Origin: Gammaproteobacteria bacterium
GTDB taxonomy: Bacteria; Pseudomonadota; Gammaproteobacteria; Pseudomonadales; Pseudohongiellaceae
Direction of reading: 5' to 3'
Length of the DNA stretch: 64,000 bases
Assembly: GCA_030744915.1 (NCBI GenBank)
Contig: JASLPO010000019.1
Span: forward strand, 28,410-92,409
Within the stretch, counting starts at the first letter, position 1; every line of letters begins with the position of its first letter. The notes under the pieces were generated by a model. It was not told where the DNA came from and searched no databases. It saw only the letters and a list, made by a program, of their open reading frames with translations. Below are positions 52,194 to 61,313 of the stretch, one piece after another. Position numbers and translations under genes: made by a program.

Positions 52194-52658
52194 GTGATCC
52201 ATCGACTTCGAAGCCTGATTTTCCTGTTTAGCTGCCTCGCCATCTCTGCCGCATCGGTGGCGCAGGATAGTGATGAAACTGAATCGGCGATCGCCGGGGC
52301 GATGGCGGCTATGGATGATTTCATGTTGGCCTTCAATGCCAGAGATCCCCAGGCCTGGGCAGCCTCGCTGAATTACCCCCATGTCAGGTTTGCCAGTGGC
52401 ACCGTGACCGTCTGGGAATCCCTCGAGGAATTTGCGCAGACGCGTGCCTTCGAGACGCTGCCCCGTAGTGGCTGGGATCATTCCCATTGGTTGACACGGG
52501 ATGTCGCGCTGGCCTCACCGGGCAAGGTGCACATCTCGACTGTGTTTCAGCGCTTTAATAGTGCTAACGAAATCATAGGCACCTACCAGTCGCTGTATAT
52601 CGTTACCAGGGTCGATGGGCACTGGGGTACGCAAGCCCGGTCCAGCCTGGCGCCCTGA
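52194..52658 (+). CDS. secreted NTF2-like/DUF4440-like protein
   Basis: 154 aa with a GTG start and signal peptide LIFLFSCLAISAASVAQ. Size and pattern (AFNARDPQAW...) resemble SnoaL/DUF4440. The assignment is weak. Confidence 0.5.
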   Translation: MIHRLRSLIFLFSCLAISAASVAQDSDETESAIAGAMAAMDDFMLAFNARDPQAWAASLNYPHVRFASGTVTVWESLEEFAQTRAFETLPRSGWDHSHWLTRDVALASPGKVHISTVFQRFNSANEIIGTYQSLYIVTRVDGHWGTQARSSLAP

Positions 52659-52749
52659 GTCACGCCTGCAAGCTCCTGAAATTTGAGGCAATTATCCTGG
52701 TGATTTACTATGGGTAGCTCAAAACTACGGAGCTGAAGACACAGAATCC

Positions 52750-52983
52750 ATGTTGAATCATCGCCTCCTTGTACATAGGGCGTTAAACCGCCTGCTGATC
52801 GGCACTGTTGCGGGTTTTCTCCTGCTCGCAGCCGAGGCTGCCTATCCCCAGGATGGGGCTTCTGCTCAGAAAATACTGGTCATTCATGATGGATCAGAAC
52901 TGGATTTCTGGCGCCAGTCCTTCGATACGTCGTTGCTCTCATTTTTGAAGGTTGACACTTTTATCAGGATCAAGTACCCCTGA
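52750..52983 (+). pseudogene. probable N-terminal remnant of a larger periplasmic-domain protein
   Basis: 77 aa: a signal/TM segment and then KILVIHDGSELDFWRQSF, like the start of a periplasmic binding or sensor domain. It ends abruptly about 50 bp before the second NTF2 paralogue. Confidence 0.3.
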
Positions 52984-53035
52984 TTTTCGTGAAAGCAGTT
53001 GCTAAACAATCCCAGACAAATCCAGCGTTTGTGGC

Positions 53036-53563
53036 TCAATTACCACTGAAGCTGTCAGAAAACAGCACCCGTTTGCTGATGCGCCAACCATCAGCCGTCT
53101 TCTGCCTGCTGTTCCGATAAATCCCCGAACTGGCGATAAAAGCGGCTCGATCGTTTACAGTTTGATGTGTGATGAGGGCCATATTCTCAGTAACCGCCGT
53201 CTGATCTGTGAGCTCCAGAAACACCAACCCAGAGAAGTGATGACGAGTCTGGCGGTCTGCCAATCGGCCTTCGTGAGATTGTTTGGCATACCGATGGATG
53301 GCCTCTTTCCCGGCCACCCGGGAGTTCTGTACCAAGTTTCCTTCGCGCCAGCGCTCCATCACAGCTTCTTCAGTAAACAAATCAGCAAATCCTGCCGAAT
53401 CTTTAGAATCCCACCGGTAAGAATACCGTGTGAGCATTTCAGCAATGGCCAGCCGCTCGTTTACCTTGTTAAGCTCAGTAGCTAACGTAAATGACTGGAA
53501 AGAGAGTGCTGTAAGTAGTAATAGACCTTGAATAGAAACTCTATAGATAATTTTCTTCACCAT
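53036..53563 (-). CDS. secreted NTF2-fold (SnoaL-like) protein, paralogue 2
   Basis: Trimmed to the ATG at 53561-53563, which has a gagggg SD. See 51315-51854. Confidence 0.7.
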   Translation of the reverse strand: MVKKIIYRVSIQGLLLLTALSFQSFTLATELNKVNERLAIAEMLTRYSYRWDSKDSAGFADLFTEEAVMERWREGNLVQNSRVAGKEAIHRYAKQSHEGRLADRQTRHHFSGLVFLELTDQTAVTENMALITHQTVNDRAAFIASSGIYRNSRQKTADGWRISKRVLFSDSFSGN

Positions 53564-53729
53564 GCTAACCCCCCTCTTGGCAAGGAGTTCAAGCATAGCA
53601 AGCATGTTGAATTATCTAAACCGACAGAGTTGCGATCGCCGGCTCGGTTTTGGCTGCTCCGGATGAGGGGCCAAGCATGGAGATCTGCCCGATTAACGCC
53701 AAAGCCATCATCCCCAGTGGTGTTAAATA

Positions 53730-53963
53730 CTAGGCCATGACGGGCTTATTGAAACTGGTAGTAAGGACTAGGCTGAAGCCAATGGTGAGAAATGCACCGA
53801 ACATGATTCCAACACCGTTAAGAAAGAAATTTTCTACCATAAAGTAACGCAGAATCTCGAACCGGGTGGTGCAAAGCGCGCACCTGGAACCAATCTGTTT
53901 GCGGCAACGGTTGATGCCGAAAACTGCGAGGCCGACGCTGTCCATACAGGTAACGAATAGCAC
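53730..53963 (-). pseudogene. C-terminal remnant of an FtsX/MacB-type ABC permease
   Basis: ...KQIGSRCALCTTRFEILRYFMVENFFLNGVGIMFGAFLTIGFSLVL matches the last loop and TM4 of FtsX-like permeases (consensus ..EIG.RRALGAT..DI...F..E). No upstream remainder of the gene is present. Confidence 0.5.
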
Positions 53964-54300
53964 ATTGCAATTTTGAGTGACGAGTTTTCACGCAGTAAAG
54001 CGGCCATCAAACTCTGGAAGATTTTGTATTAATTGGGGATAATATTCGTTGAGATACGTAGAATTGCAGTGCTCTCTATGATGCTACTAAGAATCCTCCA
54101 GAATAGGCTAAATCGGTGCTTTTGACTAATACCTGAGCGGCTCCTGTCCAAATCATGGGCATGGCTGGGGAAAGCGTGTTTATTGACATTACGCAAGGAT
54201 AAGCAGTATTTTTGTCACGCAAACCGAAAGCTGGAAATGGAAGTCTAGCGACTTGTTTCAGCTTCATCGGATAGACGATGTATCGCTTGGAGAAAGATGT

Positions 54301-55878
54301 ATGGCTGGTTTTGTTACACGGCGCGAGTTTCTGAATTTACTGGGTGCTACCGGTGGTACTGCTGCAGCATTGAAAGCTGGTACCGCGCTGGGGCTTTTAC
54401 CTAACGGGGCTGCTGCCTCGTTGGACCTGTTAAACCCAGGTTCCAATGGACGTAAGGTCGCTATCCTGGGTAGTGGTATCTCGGGCCTTACCGCAGCCTA
54501 TGAGCTTGGCAAGGTCGGATATGATTGCACCGTACTGGAGGCCTCACACCGTGCCGGTGGCAGGATATTCACGGTAAGACACGGCGACCTGATCGATGAG
54601 ATTGGAAATCGCCAGTACTGTGAGTTTGATGATGAACCTCACATGTATTTCAACGCCGGTGCCGCGCGGATTCCCAGCACCCACCGTAACTTGCTGGGCT
54701 ACTGTAAGAAGTTGGGTGTCGAACTCGAGGTATTCGTTAGTGAAAATAACAATGCCTATCTGCAGGACGATGCGCTGATGGGTGGCAAACCGATCCGCAG
54801 CAACGACTACAAGACCAATGTACGGGGGTTCCTCTCAGAGATGCTGGCTAAGTCCATGTCCATGGAAGAGATGAACCAACCCTTCACCGAGTCTGAAGCC
54901 GAACACATTCTGGGGATGTTGAGATCATTTGGGGATTTGAGTGAAGATGATCTTTACCGTGGTAGTTTTCGAAACGGCTATGCTTCAGGCGGATTCCTTA
55001 GACACAGGGTTCAGAAAGACATGATTGCATTCCGCGACCTCTTGAAGGGGAGCGTGGGTCGGGAAGCCCTGGCTGGATTTGAAGGTGATTATGGTCCGAT
55101 GCTGATGCAACCCCTGGGTGGCATGGATAAAATTATTGCGGGCTACACTCGGGAGCTCGGAAATAAAGTGAAATACCGCACCATAGTAACCGGCGTACAA
55201 GTCAAAGATGACGGTGTCGATGTCGCCTATGATCAGGACGGTGTGCGACACAGCTTGAATGCTGACTATTGCTTCAATTGCATCCCTACTCACCTGATGG
55301 TGGGCATGGAGCACAATTTTCCGAATGACTATGTCAAGGCAATGAAATATGTCCGGCGGGGGGAGGCTTACAAGGCCGCGTTTCAGGCCAAGCAGCGATT
55401 CTGGGAAAAAGACGATATCTACGGTGGTATTTCTTGGATGAATAATCGGAGTCAGCAAGTCTGGTACCCATTCCACGGCATACATAAGGCCAAGGGCGTA
55501 GTCCTGGGCGCCTATGACTACGGTGGTGGGATGTACCACACACTGATGCCGCAGAAGGATAGAATCGAAGCCCACTTAAGAGACGGTGAGAAGGTTCACC
55601 CGAACTACCGTAGCCTGGTTGAAAAACCAATTACCATCGCCTGGCATCGAATGAACCACATGTTAGGGTGTTCGGCGAGCTGGTCGCGAAACTTCAGGCA
55701 GGGTTGGACCCAAGAGGAAGAAACCATGTATGACACCTTGCGGGCACCTGTGAACGGTCGGCACTATTTTATCGGTGATCAGATAAGCATGCATTCGGCC
55801 TGGCAGGAGAGTGCAATCATGTCGGCACAATGGGCATTGGCCAACTTTGATAAACGAGTGCGTTCCGAAGCACTCTGA
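54301..55878 (+). CDS. Tat-signal flavin-containing amine oxidase family protein
   Basis: The ATG at 54301 has a ggaga SD. A twin-arginine signal MAGFVTRREFLNLLGATGGTAAALKAGTALG is followed by the FAD fold VAILGSGISGLTAAYELGKVGYDCTVLEASHRAGGR. Confidence 0.85.
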   Translation: MAGFVTRREFLNLLGATGGTAAALKAGTALGLLPNGAAASLDLLNPGSNGRKVAILGSGISGLTAAYELGKVGYDCTVLEASHRAGGRIFTVRHGDLIDEIGNRQYCEFDDEPHMYFNAGAARIPSTHRNLLGYCKKLGVELEVFVSENNNAYLQDDALMGGKPIRSNDYKTNVRGFLSEMLAKSMSMEEMNQPFTESEAEHILGMLRSFGDLSEDDLYRGSFRNGYASGGFLRHRVQKDMIAFRDLLKGSVGREALAGFEGDYGPMLMQPLGGMDKIIAGYTRELGNKVKYRTIVTGVQVKDDGVDVAYDQDGVRHSLNADYCFNCIPTHLMVGMEHNFPNDYVKAMKYVRRGEAYKAAFQAKQRFWEKDDIYGGISWMNNRSQQVWYPFHGIHKAKGVVLGAYDYGGGMYHTLMPQKDRIEAHLRDGEKVHPNYRSLVEKPITIAWHRMNHMLGCSASWSRNFRQGWTQEEETMYDTLRAPVNGRHYFIGDQISMHSAWQESAIMSAQWALANFDKRVRSEAL

Positions 55879-55940
55879 CCGCTTTACTCGATACCTCCTT
55901 AACTAATGAGACACCTGACTCTTCCTGGAGAAGTTGTGGA

Positions 55941-56579
55941 ATGAATGACGGATTGAAACGAAGCAAGCTAGTGCTTATCGGCATTGGAATGCTGTTCAGT
56001 GGGCTGCTTTTTGCGGCAGAGAATGCGCGCGAACCCTTCGACGACAGATACTGCAATACCTGCCATGGCACAGATGGTAAGGGCAACGAAGGAGTACAGG
56101 CGCCAAGGCTTGCCGGCATGGAAGATTGGTACCTGCAGAGGCAACTGGAAAATTTTAGATCCGAAATACGCGGTGTACATCCCCAAGACATAGAAGGGCT
56201 AGCCATGCAACCGATGGCGGCGAAACTGAGCGATGCAAGCATCGTCGATATCTTACAGTGGGTGGGTAGCTGGGACTATGTTCCGGCAGAAGTGACCATT
56301 GAAGGCGATGCATCGGCGGGTCGTCAGCTGTATGACGCCTGCGCAAGCTGTCACGGTGCTGATGGTGAAGGCAATGAGGCTTTGGGTGCGCCAGCCCTGG
56401 CGGGGCAGAACGATTGGTACCTGGTGACCCAGTTAAAAAACTTCCTTGCGGGTTATCGAGGTAAGCTGTCACAGGATACTTTCGGGCAACAGATGGCCAC
56501 CATGGTGCGTACTCTGGGAGATGAACAGGGTATTATCAACGTGGTCAGCTATATCAACAACCTTTCTGGCGGCAAGTAG
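55941..56579 (+). CDS. di-haem c-type cytochrome (c4-like)
   Basis: Signal peptide plus two CxxCH motifs (CNTCH, CASCH), each followed by a Met-containing segment. Located 62 nt downstream of the amine oxidase gene. Confidence 0.85.
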   Translation: MNDGLKRSKLVLIGIGMLFSGLLFAAENAREPFDDRYCNTCHGTDGKGNEGVQAPRLAGMEDWYLQRQLENFRSEIRGVHPQDIEGLAMQPMAAKLSDASIVDILQWVGSWDYVPAEVTIEGDASAGRQLYDACASCHGADGEGNEALGAPALAGQNDWYLVTQLKNFLAGYRGKLSQDTFGQQMATMVRTLGDEQGIINVVSYINNLSGGK

Positions 56580-56764
56580 GTTTTTATCGGCCACCGCTAT
56601 CGAATAGTTCCTCGCCAAGCTTGGTCTTCCTCTGGGCAGGTTATATACTCCATTGGAGTCGCCCAACGTCAACAATATAATAAATTTCAGGCCACTAGCG
56701 CGGAAAGTCAGTTCAACGTGGCCTTCTTACAGGCTCTAGCCTGCACTGAGTGAGGAACGAGACC

Positions 56765-58162
56765 ATGTCTGCATTTGCAATCGTAAACTTGATTCTATTT
56801 GCAGCTTTGCTGAGTTTACTGTATCAACTGACCAAGCTGGATAACGGGCTATCTCGACGGGTTCTGGTGGGGCTGGTCGCTGGCTCAATCTTTGGATTCT
56901 ACCTGCAAGCTGTTTATGGATACGGCGATGTAGTGACGCAGCAGACATTGGAGTGGACCAATGTCATAGCGAACTCCTATGTGAACCTTTTGCGCATGAT
57001 TATCATGCCGTTGGTTCTAATCACCATGATCGCCGCCGTGCTTCGGGTCGAGGAAATCAAGTCGCTGGGTAAGATTGGCAGCTCGGTTGTTGGAATTCTG
57101 ATCGGCACTACGATGATAGCGGCACTGATCGGCATCATGATGGCGCTGCTCTTCGGGCTGAACGCCGGTGACCTCGCAGCGGGTGCTCAGGAAATAGCTC
57201 GGGCAGAATCCCTGGAAGCACGGCAGGGCTCTGTTGCCGGTCTAGCTTCGCCACAGGGTTTGCCGGCACTTTTGGTGAGTTTCGTTTCCAGTAATATTTT
57301 CAGAGATCTTACCGATGCCCGTGAAACGTCTATCATTGCCGTGGTGATTTTTGGATTGCTATTCGGTATTGCGGCCCTGTTGGTTTGTGAAGAGGACAAG
57401 ACCCACGGTGAGCACATTCGGTCCTTCGTCGACACCACTCAGGCTGTCGTGATGAAGCTAGTCAAGCTGGTGATAAACCTGACTCCTTACGGCGTGCTGG
57501 CGCTGATGACAAGGGTGATTGCGAACTCCGACGGCAATGCCATTATTACCCTCATCAGTTTCGTTATCGCGTCTTATATCGCTATCGTCATTATGTTTGG
57601 CGTGCACGCCTTGCTCATTGGACTGTTGGGCAAAAGCATCAAGACATATTTTCAAAAAGTATGGCCGGTGCTGACATTCGCCTTTGTCACACGTAGCTCT
57701 GCTGCGACGATTCCACTGACGATTCGTGCCCAGATCGAAGAACTGAAAGTGCCTGCTCCCATCGCCAATATTTCGACATCATTCGGAGCGACGATTGGAC
57801 AGAACGGCTGTGCCGGCATCTATCCAGCGATGCTGGCGGTCATGGTGGCGCCTACGATGGGTGTGGCTGTCGACCTCAGTTTCATCGCCAGCCTGATCGT
57901 GATTATCGCCATTGGCTCATTTGGAATTGCCGGTGTTGGAGGGGGGGCCACTGCCGCGGCACTGGTGGTATTGCCCGCCATGGGATTCCCCGTTACCGTG
58001 GTAGCACTATTGATTTCCATCGAGCCACTCATCGACATGGCGCGTACTGCCCTGAACGTAAACGGGGCAATTACTACCGGTATGATCACCAGCCGCTTCC
58101 TGGGGGATACGGTTGCCGACCACTCGCCGGATGTCACCACCCAACCAGTACAGGAAAACTAG
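56765..58162 (+). CDS. dicarboxylate/amino acid:cation symporter family transporter (possibly TcyP/YdjN-like)
   Basis: About 465 aa with DAACS-type topology and conserved FGATIGQNGCAGIYPAM and VGGGATAAALVVL segments. The subfamily guess is from memory only. Confidence 0.8.
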   Translation: MSAFAIVNLILFAALLSLLYQLTKLDNGLSRRVLVGLVAGSIFGFYLQAVYGYGDVVTQQTLEWTNVIANSYVNLLRMIIMPLVLITMIAAVLRVEEIKSLGKIGSSVVGILIGTTMIAALIGIMMALLFGLNAGDLAAGAQEIARAESLEARQGSVAGLASPQGLPALLVSFVSSNIFRDLTDARETSIIAVVIFGLLFGIAALLVCEEDKTHGEHIRSFVDTTQAVVMKLVKLVINLTPYGVLALMTRVIANSDGNAIITLISFVIASYIAIVIMFGVHALLIGLLGKSIKTYFQKVWPVLTFAFVTRSSAATIPLTIRAQIEELKVPAPIANISTSFGATIGQNGCAGIYPAMLAVMVAPTMGVAVDLSFIASLIVIIAIGSFGIAGVGGGATAAALVVLPAMGFPVTVVALLISIEPLIDMARTALNVNGAITTGMITSRFLGDTVADHSPDVTTQPVQEN

Positions 58163-58275
58163 CGCGTTTGACTTTTCTAGGGACCACTATTGAGAAGTGC
58201 AATTGAAGATGGCTTCACCTTTGCGTTGTAGCTGGTTCTTTTTTGGCGCAACATAAACAGAATGTAAAAATAGAT

Positions 58276-58954
58276 ATGTTTGTGCGCATCCAAAGATTGT
58301 TAAGTAATGACAATCTACGGCAGTTGGATAATTTGGTCGCGTGAAGAGAATTTGTTGACGGTAAAGCAACGGCAGAAGCACCAACCAAGAGACTAAAGAA
58401 TAATCTGCAACTGGATCTTGATTCTCATCCGGAGAAGGAAAAATTTCTACGATTGATTAATAAAGTGATGAATAGTCCATCCTTCGGTTCGATCTGCGGC
58501 AGTCCCGCGACACATGACCGCACCTATTGTAAGCAAATACGAGAAGGGGATGTTCTGCAGTTGGCATATCGATAATCCCATCATACCGGGAGTTGGCAGG
58601 CCGGTCAGATCCGATGTGTTATGCACTATATTTCTGAGCGAAAGCGCTGACTATGATGGCGGCGAACTGGTGGTTCTCTCACTGACCGGCGATGTCAAAA
58701 TTAAACTGGACAGAGGTGATGCGGTACTCTATCCGTTTTCCTATTGGCATCAGGTGGCAGAAGTCACATGTGGCGAGCGCCTAGCAATACTTTTCTGGAC
58801 TCAGAGCATGATTGCGGATATAGGCAAGCAGTAATTACTACATGACCTAGAGCTGGCATATAACCAGATCCTCAGGGACAATCCGAATTCGGATGCAATA
58901 AGAATGATCCAACGGGCCCAGTCCAACCTCGTCCGACGCTGGAGCGAAGTATAA
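58276..58954 (+). pseudogene. PKHD-type Fe(II)/2-oxoglutarate hydroxylase (PiuC-like) pseudogene
   Basis: A PiuC-like sequence can be followed from MFVRIQRLLSNDNLRQLDNLVA through an in-frame TGA (58342-58344). It continues as REFVDGKATAE..LKNNLQL, crosses a frameshift near 58495-58513 into the 58514-58834 ORF (YDGGELV..LYPFSYWHQV), then crosses an in-frame TAA (58832-58834) into LLHDLELAYNQ...LVRRWSEV. Confidence 0.7.
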
Positions 58955-58987
58955 GCAGAGCCAAGAAGACGCTGCAGCGTTCTGTGT

Positions 58988-59755
58988 TTAGAGGCCCAAT
59001 GCGGCGCGCATCTCTGAAGCGGTCATGCCTTTTACATAAACATCGGTGCCCTGATCGAAATCCCGGGCACGATCCAGGCCCCCAACGACTACCGGATCGA
59101 AGCCTGAATCGATAACCAGCTGAGCAGCAACGGCGACCGCATCTGCATCGTCTCCGGCGACAGGTATGGCGATCAATTCACCATCGCGATGGGCCTGTTC
59201 GTTTACCTCTATCCAACTCACAGCATTGAACGCACGCACTAGTCTCACCCCCGGCAAGAATTCCGCCGAAGCCACTCCCGTGCCCTTCTCCAATGCAAGC
59301 GCCGCCATCTCGCCATCACGTTGCACATAGGGATTGCCACAATCGATGACAATCTTTCCTTGTAGGAGAGGTCCATAGTCCTGGCCTATCTGTGGCATCG
59401 CCGCATAGGGCACGGCAATAAAGACGATATCACCGAATTCCGCTGCCTCGCGTGGATAGCCTGCGCGTGCACGTGGACCGGCCTGCTCTACCAGTTCACT
59501 CAATTGGTCCGGGTTGCGCGAGGAGAATAAAATCTCATGCCCGGCCTGCGCCCAGCGCAAACCCACCGAACCCCCTATGCGACCCGAGCCGATGATACCA
59601 ATTCGCATTGGTGAGGAAGATTGGGCCCGAACTGATCGAGCCAGCCATGAGGGTAACAGGCCCATGGTGGTGACCGACAGCAGGAGAATTTTGCTGAACT
59701 CTCTTCTGGGATTACGCTGCTTTCGTGACTCAGAAACGGATCGACTATGCTTCAT
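58988..59755 (-). CDS. NADPH-dependent F420 reductase-like NAD(P)-binding oxidoreductase with Tat-like N-terminal extension
   Basis: Rossmann motif MRIGIIGSGRIGG at residue 50. It is preceded by SRKQRNPRREFSKILLLSVTTMGLLPSWLARSVRAQS. A G-rich SD precedes the upstream ATG (59755), and none precedes the internal ATG (59608). Confidence 0.7.
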   Translation of the reverse strand: MKHSRSVSESRKQRNPRREFSKILLLSVTTMGLLPSWLARSVRAQSSSPMRIGIIGSGRIGGSVGLRWAQAGHEILFSSRNPDQLSELVEQAGPRARAGYPREAAEFGDIVFIAVPYAAMPQIGQDYGPLLQGKIVIDCGNPYVQRDGEMAALALEKGTGVASAEFLPGVRLVRAFNAVSWIEVNEQAHRDGELIAIPVAGDDADAVAVAAQLVIDSGFDPVVVGGLDRARDFDQGTDVYVKGMTASEMRAALGL

Positions 59756-59978
59756 TATTTACCCCCCACGGTGGCTATCTGCTAGTAAGTTAGGGACTTA
59801 CTGAACAATTAGTTGTCTACTCTGCGGGAGTCTGTCGTGCCCTGCCGCCGGGCTCAATCGCAGCTAATGGCTGAAAGCCAGAGTAGTCATATACTTGCTC
59901 AGAGGATTCCTGGGCAATATAACAAAATCCGTGTACAAGTTACCAAGGGTATTCGCAGGCGCGGAAGTATCTCAAAGC

Positions 59979-60206
59979 ATGAAATCTGCCAGTTCCAGGA
60001 AAAAAAGTCGGCTCCGGGCGAGGCTCAAGGCTTTGCGGTCACTGGGTATGATGGCGCTGAATACACCATTGCCGGCATTGGTATTACTTATACTGTTAAA
60101 ACTAATCGCCGACCTCAAACCCCATCTGACTGAGCACTCCGCCAAAAAAATCAAAGGCATTTCATCGTACGGCTGGCCGCTGGTCTGCTTCTTCGCCTTA
60201 GGGTAA
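59979..60206 (+). CDS. possible small membrane protein (75 aa)
   Basis: An internal ATG of the 59895-60206 ORF. Basic N-terminus (KKSRLRARLK), one clear TM (LPALVLLILLKLIA) and a hydrophobic C-terminus. It ends 35 nt before the co-oriented TonB_C gene. SD is weak. Confidence 0.25.
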   Translation: MKSASSRKKSRLRARLKALRSLGMMALNTPLPALVLLILLKLIADLKPHLTEHSAKKIKGISSYGWPLVCFFALG

Positions 60207-60240
60207 GGTGGCAGCTTCGGGGTGTCAGCAGGAGAAGTGG

Positions 60241-61311
60241 ATGTTCAAGTCGAAATTGCTTCTAGTGCTGCTTGCCCTATGCTTGCTGCCGCAAATTCTT
60301 GCCCAGACAACTGCCGATGTGCAGGATTTCAATGCCGCCTATATTGAGTACGCCAATACCAGGGAATCGAATCCAGAGCTGGCACGGGAGGCGGCTCGAA
60401 GAGCCTATGACATCGGTCAGCGAGTGTTCGGCGAGAGCAATGAGCGAACTGCTATGCTGGCAATCAACTATGCACTGCTGATCGAGGATGAGGCACAGGC
60501 ACACACGTTTCTCGATGAGGCGGTAAGCATCTACCAGTCGCTGTTCGGTTTCGGCAGCGAAGCCATGATCGAACCCTTGATGCGTTTAGGCAGGTCATTG
60601 AGCGATAGCCAACAACTGCGCTCGGCCGCTGAATACTATGAGCGCGCATTGCGCCTGGCACACACACACGCGCAAGAGTCGGCAGGCAGGATTGGAGCGA
60701 TCGAGTTGGAGTTGGGTGCAATAGCGCTGCGTAGCGATCAACTCGAAGTGGCCTATTCCAGGCTGGGCAATGCCGTGGAACGGCTGCAATCGCTCTCCGA
60801 TGCTGCATCACAGAGTAACCACGCGAGGGCAAACCTGTTATTGGGAGATTACTTCCTCAAGACCGAACAATACCGGCAGGCAGTACAGCCATTGCTTGTC
60901 GCGCTGGAATCGCTGGCGAAGTACCCTAACGCGGATGTCACTCTGCGCAATCGGATTGCCCTGATTGTGGCCTATGAAAATCTCGGCATGCGGGAAGCAG
61001 CCACCGTGCACTGCCTTGCAATCGGTGCCACTAGAAGAGTTCCGGCAGGACAGAATATGCGACCGTTGTATTCGGTAATCCCCACTGCAGAACTGCCCGA
61101 TGGAACGAGCTCTCATTCAATTGCAGTACGGGTGGCATTCACGGTGGATGAAAATGGCTTTGTCAGGGATGCAGAACTGGTGAGTGGTGGCACCAGCGAA
61201 ACCTTGTCCACGGTGTTTTTGAATGCCATCGGAAAATTTCGGTTTGCCCCGCAATTTGTCGACGGCAAAGCAGTAGCCACTCCCAATCAACAATTTGTAT
61301 TCAGGTACTAG
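60241..61311 (+). CDS. secreted TPR-like protein with C-terminal TonB_C domain
   Basis: aggag SD and signal peptide LLLVLLALCLLPQILAQ. Helical repeat region, then a C-terminal VRVAFTVDENGFVRDAELVSGG...FRFAPQFVDGKAV typical of TonB C-terminal domains. Confidence 0.7.
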   Translation: MFKSKLLLVLLALCLLPQILAQTTADVQDFNAAYIEYANTRESNPELAREAARRAYDIGQRVFGESNERTAMLAINYALLIEDEAQAHTFLDEAVSIYQSLFGFGSEAMIEPLMRLGRSLSDSQQLRSAAEYYERALRLAHTHAQESAGRIGAIELELGAIALRSDQLEVAYSRLGNAVERLQSLSDAASQSNHARANLLLGDYFLKTEQYRQAVQPLLVALESLAKYPNADVTLRNRIALIVAYENLGMREAATVHCLAIGATRRVPAGQNMRPLYSVIPTAELPDGTSSHSIAVRVAFTVDENGFVRDAELVSGGTSETLSTVFLNAIGKFRFAPQFVDGKAVATPNQQFVFRY

Positions 61312-61313
61312 AG

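Noticed and set aside
59813-60133. 106-aa ORF in the 59756-60240 gap
   Set aside because: TTG start, no SD, no recognisable features. It overlaps the somewhat more plausible 59979-60206 frame, so only the latter is reported, at low confidence.
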